A stretch of 64,000 bases of DNA. Source: Tubiluchus corallicola (taxonomy: Eukaryota > Animalia > Priapulida). Below the pieces are notes generated by a model. The model was given only the letters and a program-made list of their open reading frames with translations. It ran no database searches and was not told where the DNA came from. The position numbers and the translations under genes are program-made. The DNA is taken from contig JAQGDQ010000433.1 in NCBI GenBank assembly GCA_030141605.1, positions 62,001 through 126,000 of the forward strand, in the 5' to 3' direction. Each line of letters begins with the position of its first letter. Position 1 is the stretch's first letter. Positions 48,928 through 64,000 of the stretch are shown here, piece after piece.

Positions 48928-49110
48928 GTATCTCAATACTTATTTCCAACATGGTCCCGATTATTATTATCCGCATGTCACTTCGATGAACTCGCGTGTA
49001 TGGTCGAAGAACCAGCGGCACGATGTTTCAAGTCTTTGGTATGACTCGGTCGAGAGTTGAACCCGCGACCTCCCGGGTGGCAAGCGAGCACGCTACCATT
49101 GAGCTATGGC
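48869..49110 (-). mobile_element. tRNA-derived SINE with an (ATT)n tail, downstream of the DHRS4 stop
   Basis: Minus strand: A box TAGCTCAATGG, B box GGTTCAACTC, body GTCATACCAAAGACTTGAAA, and a trinucleotide tail at 48869-48925. Confidence 0.75.
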
Positions 49111-49489
49111 ACGGATGCTGCTGTCCAACACAATCAGGAGTACCACCAGTTTCATCCAAACCATGTTCATTTTATCATTTCAAAAGCAGTTTTGTTTTGT
49201 GTGGAATAATTCAAAGCATCTTGTAAAATGTAGGGTAGAAAACACAAGTCAGTCACAACACAGCAGACTGCAACGCATGTTCAGCAATAACAGGAATCTT
49301 TTCTGGCCCACATGGCTGTAGGCATTTTGTGACCTATATATTAACATTTTCGCCAACAGAGGCCAGCACCACAGTGAATTTTCAAGAGCTTGATTCATGG
49401 AGTGTGCTTGGCTTGCACAAAACCTTGCTACTGGCGAACGTATCTATTAATTTGCATATTTAGTGCGAATATAGGGTAGTCATAAAAGA

Positions 49490-50190
49490 AATCTTGAAAT
49501 GAACCAGTCAAAAACAGAAAAACATTTTATTGCAAGAGATGGCAATCAGTTTTGGCAAAAAGTGCAAGTACATGGAAACTTTACTAAACAGCGAAAATGA
49601 TATTAAAACTAGAAAGCAACAAGCAATGCATGGTTTTCTTCACCACAAGAGTGTATTAAATAGCAAGAAATTAAATCTTAACGTAAGACGTCGATTATTT
49701 AATGCTTACGTTACCAGTATACTTATGTGCAATAGCGAAACGTGGGGTTTAACGATTACTCAAGAAAAGCAGATTGACATAGAAGTCTTCTTGCGAAAGT
49801 TTTAAAGATAAGATGGCCATACATAATCAAAAATGAAGATATATACACTAGAACGAAAGAAATTCCTTAGAGTTAAAAAGTCAAGATCCGAAGATTAAAG
49901 TGGCTAGGACACTTCTAAGATTACCAAATTAAGCACCAGTAAGAATCGCCTTAAAGGAAGCCTCAAAATCTTGCAAAAACCACCTGGCAAACAACAACAA
50001 CAACAACAAAAAAAAAAAAAAAACTTGGATAGCTAAGATAAATAAAGATATTCAACAACTTCAACCAAATCTATCTTTAGGTATAGACAAGTTTACGTGT
50101 TAGCTGCAGCTAGAAGTGGGTGGAATGTTCTAATAAATGTTGATGCCTCAATGCCTACAATAGGTTGAACGAGACTTTGAAGAAAAAAGA
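49490..50190 (+). mobile_element. RTE-clade LINE ORF2 3' relic
   Basis: Frameshifted translation ENDIKTRK...RRRLFNAYVTSILMCNSETWGLT...FLRKFLKIRWP...RRLKWLGH is typical of the RTE post-RT region. Confidence 0.78.
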
Positions 50191-50384
50191 GTAGCCAGTA
50201 TACAAGCCAGTTATAATAGCACTTTTATGTTCTCGTTATGCAGGCAGTGAAATGGCTGGTGGAATCGAATTGTTCTTTTGGATAACTAAAATGTTTGTGT
50301 ATCGTTGGTGAGTTCTGACAGGTATGTTAGAGTTTAAAACATTTCTGCCAGTATTTACTGACTTATAAATGCAGAGATTGAAAG

Positions 50385-50796
50385 AAAGAACAAGTCACTC
50401 CGTATGTTGGGTTTATTTTACCGTTATCACCTAAACTGTTTGTGGTGTGCTAAAGGAAGGACAAGTCACTCAGTATGTTGGGTTTATTTTACTGTTATCA
50501 CTTAAACTGTTTGTGGTGTGCTAAAGGAAAGAACAGGTCACTCAGTATGTTGGATTTATTTTAATGTTATCACTTAAACTGTTTTTGCTGTGCTAAGGAA
50601 AAGAACAAGTCACTCAGTATGATGGGTTTATTTTAATGTTATCACTTAAACTGTTTGTGGTGTGCTAAAGGAAAGAACGAGTCACTCAGTATGTTGTGTT
50701 TATTTTACTGTTATCACTTAAACTGTTTGTGGTGTGCTAAAGGAAAGAACAAGTCACTCAGTATGTTGGGTTTATTTTAATGTTATCACTTAAACT
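50385..50796. repeat. 60-bp tandem repeat, ~7 units
   Basis: AAGAACAAGTCACTCAGTATGTTGGGTTTATTTTA.TGTTATCACTTAAACTGTTTGTGGTGTGCTAAAGG. Confidence 0.9.
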
Positions 50797-51602
50797 TAGA
50801 AGAATATAACAAAGAAATTTGCAAAAAACTTTCTGTAGAGCATAAATTTAAAGCATACTACCTCAGAATAGAAATTTTCAAGCGTAGTAGCTGTCGCCCT
50901 TCACTTGAAAATCATGACGTAACTGGGAAACTTCGTGACTTTTCGTAAGCGCGTCGCGGCTTTCCGTAAGCACCCCCTGTTTAAAATAATTCAAACTTCT
51001 GCAGCTTACCTGATGTTCACGCAAAAATGTTGTAAAATTAGCTACCTAATTTTTTTTGTAAAAACTAGTTATAGTATCAATGAAGATTGACAGTGCAGTA
51101 GTTTTGTTCGAGACAAATGACGTCATTGGTGGAAGAATGGGCATTGACAATTGGAGCGTCCAAGCATGAAGTGACCATGACTTTAACGTGATTTTACTAA
51201 TTACACGAGACGCTTATTGCAGTTTTATTACTAAATCTTTCTAACATTTTTCGTAAACATCGAAATACGCCCAACTTCCTAGAAGGCTTGACCTTTCCTT
51301 TAAGTCGTTAACATGTTTTGTAATATTATTACTCTGTTTAGTTATATGTACATGTTATAGTAAAGCACGTGTAAGCCTTGCATGGTTCTGAGTTATCAAG
51401 ACTTTACTAAAGAAACTGCATAGATTTCCATCATCTCTGGACTGAATAAAACAATTAGAAACAATAATAAAACAACTTAACCAGAGTTAGTAGAAAAATC
51501 TTTATTATGTAACAGTTATTTCATAGTAAATTTAAAGTGCAAGTAAAAATGTCCGTATTCGAACAAATTTTATTTGAAAATGAAACAATTACTACTATTG
51601 TA

Positions 51603-52337
51603 CTACAGGTTTTACATATCAAATGTAGACCTGCGTTAACTCAAATGTAGATTTAGGTAATTCAAATTTGTCTTGGTAACTGAAATGTAGACTTTGGTAG
51701 TTCAAATGTGTTAACAATGGTTTTCAACAAATCTTAAGCGCTTTTGGTAAATCAAATGTAGACACATGTCAAGTCAAATGTGACATTGGTATCTCAGATG
51801 TGGACAGATGGTAAAGTTTAAGGATGTTAAATTTAATCTTCTTTCATTTCAATTTAATAATTGCTCTTAAGTTAAAATAACAACGTTATAGGTTCAATAA
51901 TTTTCTGCAAACTTTACCTACCATTGGAACTGTTAGAGAAAACAATGCATTCTTAAAATAAACAATGTTTCTTGAGAGAAACTAATTCATTAATGCAGTG
52001 CTTAAAAAACTAATTAGTGATTCACTGTTCATTGGGAAGTGGGAACCAATTTATTATTTGCTACCGACGTTATGGTTTATCAAAGAATTTCGTTTGAGGA
52101 TAAACAACGCATTTTTCAAAGTTATGAAAGAGGTGATGACTATCTTTGGTTTATCCTTTTGTAATTTGTACTTAAATGAGTTAATTACGATTTATTCAAA
52201 GTAATGCATCTACATTTGACTTACCTAAGTCACATTTGAGTTACCAAAACACATTTGAAATTATTATGTCTACATTTGACTTACCCAAGTCTCATTTGAA
52301 CTTTCCTGTGTCTACATTTGACGTGCAAAACCTATAG
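51603..52337. mobile_element. TIR element with subterminal ~21-bp repeats (foldback/MITE)
   Basis: CTACAGGTTTTACATATCAAATGTAGAC...GTCTACATTTGACGTGCAAAACCTATAG, with repeated TCAAATGTAGA / TCTACATTTGA units in the two arms. Confidence 0.72.
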
Positions 52338-52499
52338 ACATTCAAGAGTCGTTTTACCGTGTTATCGCCAGGTCATGTTTTAGTGAACCTAACAAGCCTT
52401 TTACTACAATACAACAGCCTTCAACAACTTACATTCGCGTAAATCGTTTATCCTACAGCAACTGCAGATATATCGCATATAACGTTATAACGTTTATAA

Positions 52500-53050
52500 C
52501 GACTCGTTCAAACTAGTGAGTTTTCTTGTCAAGTAACTCACACGTGCGTTCAGACTATAAAGCAAAACTTGCTACGAGTTACTCTGTGACAGTAAGCGCA
52601 AGCTGACATTCACTTCTTTATTCACTGTGAGAAGTGTCGAGAGTAACTCGCCGAAGCGTTCATACTAGACAGTAACTCGCAAGCATGTTCAAACTATAGA
52701 GCAAAACTATACGCGAGTTACTCTCCGAAAGTCAGCGCGAGCTGACACTCACTTCTCTATTCACTGCGAGAAGTGTCGAGAGTAACTCGCCGAGGCGTTC
52801 GCACTAGAAAGTAAAACTTGCTGCGAGTTACTCTGTGACAGTAAGCGCAAACTGACACTCACTTCTCTATTCGCTGCTAGAAGTGTCGAGAGTAACTCGC
52901 CGAGGCGTTCACACTAGACAGTAAATCAACTCGCAGCAACTTATGAGAGTTTGCAATAACTTTCCTACAGTAACTCACAAAGCAGTTCACACTTGCGAGT
53001 TTGCTGCCAGAGAAAAAACTTGTGACAGAAAACTCGCAAGTCTGAACGCG
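52500..53050. repeat. Dispersed element with ~110-bp internal tandem subrepeats; related inverted copy at ~33760-33950
   Basis: GAGAAGTGTCGAGAGTAACTCGCCGA recurs three times. The reverse complement TCGGCGAGTTACTCTCCACACTTCTC lies at about 33854. Confidence 0.6.
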
Positions 53051-53892
53051 CCATAAGGCAAGGTTCAAGGTTGCTTGAAGCTCCGACTGCATGTGCACCT
53101 AATGCGTGATCCGTAATGCGTGATGCATGTTCAGACGATAGCCACGCTAGATAGATAGACACGATAGATACGTATCACGCATCACGTACTACGGATCACG
53201 CATTACGCGTACATGGAGTCTTACCTTTAACCTATCGACGAATAAGAAAAATCGACGCTTACAAAATATTACTGTCACTGATGCGTGGAAGACTCAAATT
53301 CCTAGCTAGACTGGAAAGACAGTACAGCATACATGCCCAAACTCGCGTACGCACGTACGCACGCACGCAACTGCATAGTATCCGGGCTCTAACAGTAGTC
53401 TAAAATAATCTCAAACGTTTCCCCTACCGAAAGGTTTTTGAATATTACTTATTATAATGTGGATCAGTTACTGTCTAGTAGAATAGAAAATGGCGCTGTA
53501 GTTTTAGTTCTTGTAAAATACGAACTCTCATAATTTAAATCATGGAATGTTTAAATTGGTAGCTTTGTCTTATCACATATGTGCTAAAAACTCTGTGCTA
53601 AAAGTGAAATTAACAGCACAAACGCCGAATATATACGACGAATATTAAATAAAATTACAAGGATGTATTGATATCACAAACGTTAAGTATAATGTAGAAG
53701 AATCCCCCCCCCCCCTAAAGCTTCTTTTTTCTATTCAAAAGAACGTTAAGAGAATAATGTGCAATCACTAGCATTAAATAACATAGTATGAACCACGAAT
53801 CCCATTGGTGCTGAAGCAGTGAGTTTCAACAGGTAATTTTTCGTAAAGTTGACGATTTCTTCTTTCCTGTCATTGGGTATACTTTCCTTCTA

Positions 53893-54042
53893 GTTGTTGG
53901 CATCCTTCTGTCTCGGAAGACAATGGAGTGTGCGCCAAGAGTCAGTTATTGATCACACTGATGGAGCAGCAGCGTCGACTGTGGCTGAGCAGTCCAATCC
54001 TTGAACCACTGGAGTGGCCTTTCCAGGGCGCACGCCTGGGCA
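53893..54042 (-). mobile_element. 5'-truncated copy of the retroposon at 32085-32390
   Basis: Reverse-complement similarity over about 150 bp. Confidence 0.6.
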
Positions 54043-55175
54043 CTTCTTTCTAATAATATTCCACTTGAGATAGATTATAATGTGATAAGTTTCTGGTCAA
54101 TTGGTTAAGTATGTCAGGTTATGTTCAAGTAAAGAGCTGTTATTGATTAGGGCAGCTAGGTTGTATAAGATTATGGCAAATTGTATAAGAAAGTAAGCCC
54201 TTTTAAATAATTCATTTCTTTTTGTATTGGAATAAAACTTTTTGCGGTCAACATAGATGCAAGTATTTTGAAAAATTCGAAGTTTTTAACAAAAAATAAA
54301 AACGAGGTTTAAATATTTGAACGAGGTTTAAATAAAAAAAATTCTGAAGAAGCAAAAATCTTAAATTGTCGTTTATGTTGTGTTTCTACTCACGTTAAAA
54401 AAATACTAAATTTTTTCCCCTTGCATTTTAATTGCTGTTCTCAGTCGAGGACTAAATTGATCAGTATCTTTACTGGGAATACAATCATACAGGCAATATC
54501 AATACAATAAAACCAAGTTCAATACAATAAAAAACAATTTCAATACAACAAAAACAACATTAACACACTAAAACAATTTCAATACAATAAAAACAACACC
54601 AATAAACTAAAAATTCACAATACAACAAAAACAACACCAATACAATAAAAAACAATTTCAATACAATAGTAACGCAGTAAAGACAATATCAGTTCAATAA
54701 ATTCAATAACAATACAACAAAATTATTATTACGTTACAAACAATATCGACACAAAAACGATATCAACACTATAAAGACAATATCAATACAATGAAAACAA
54801 TTTCAACACTATAAATCCATCACAATGCAGTAAAGACAATACCATTTCAACAAAGACAACAAAAACAATATTAATACAATAAAGACTATCAATACAACAA
54901 ATACAATACAAATAATACAATAATACCGATATCTAGTTTCTTCATTTTGATAGAATCAAGCATAAAATGTTTATTTGTTGGATTTCTTAATGAATATTAC
55001 TGGGTAAGTGTTAAAATCTTTTAGTTTAACCAGCTAAATTAATATAAGAACCTGGACAAGGATTATCAACACTAAAAAGGGCTTACTTTATGTGTCCAAC
55101 CTGTATACCAGAATATGCATGTTTGAAAACTGTATTCTGTAGGCCTGTTATCAAAATCTATTTAATATTCTTCCG

Positions 55176-63710
<8,535 letters not shown>

Positions 63711-64000
63711 CTGTAAAAAGGAAATTAAAAGAATATCTTTTCCACTTCCAAATTATGCATCTGATATTGATTACACAGACTCAACGTTCTTCAAACCCTG
63801 CCCCAGCTCTACATAAATGATTAAGAATATATAAATTCGTGTAATGTAATGCATGTTATATTAATTATGTAATGTCAAATGTATATATAATGTCAATGTA
63901 ATGAGTATAAAATTTATGTAATGTAAAGCGAGTTTTGTTAATTATGTTATGTCAAATATATACAGTGTAAATGCCGCGTAAAATTTAATGTACTTTTGTA

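Noticed and set aside
49040-49110. tRNA gene on the minus strand
   Set aside because: A and B boxes are present but there is no proper acceptor stem, and it continues into a SINE body and tail.

Overview
AT-rich, intron-rich genomic DNA from an invertebrate animal, not a prokaryote. Most ORF-track entries are microsatellite or minisatellite artefacts. Manual splicing recovers four protein-coding genes with consistent exon phases: (1) the 3' part (18 exons, 756 aa) of a natriuretic-peptide-receptor-type transmembrane guanylyl cyclase, + strand 3670-30965; (2) a complete small secreted single-VWA-domain protein (5 exons, 283 aa), - strand 32769-36240; (3) a complete DHRS4-like peroxisomal short-chain dehydrogenase (9 exons, 262 aa, C-terminal SRL, one GC-AG intron, one 24-nt microexon), + strand 39663-48689; (4) the 3' part (7 exons) of a TRPC channel, - strand 55176-63710. 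Introns and spacers are full of repeats: a 9-copy PHIS-type MITE family, TTAA-flanked Kolobok-like elements, a hAT MITE nested in a Tc1/mariner relic, LINE relics, tRNA- and 5S-derived SINEs, foldback elements, and three Penelope-like remnants. One Penelope remnant keeps an apparently intact minimal hammerhead ribozyme. I see no convincing new multi-gene system. The best leads are the hammerhead, the secreted VWA protein, tandemly duplicated splice acceptors in two neighbouring genes, and an apparently lost and rescued splice donor in the cyclase gene. All calls were read by eye and no database searches were run.
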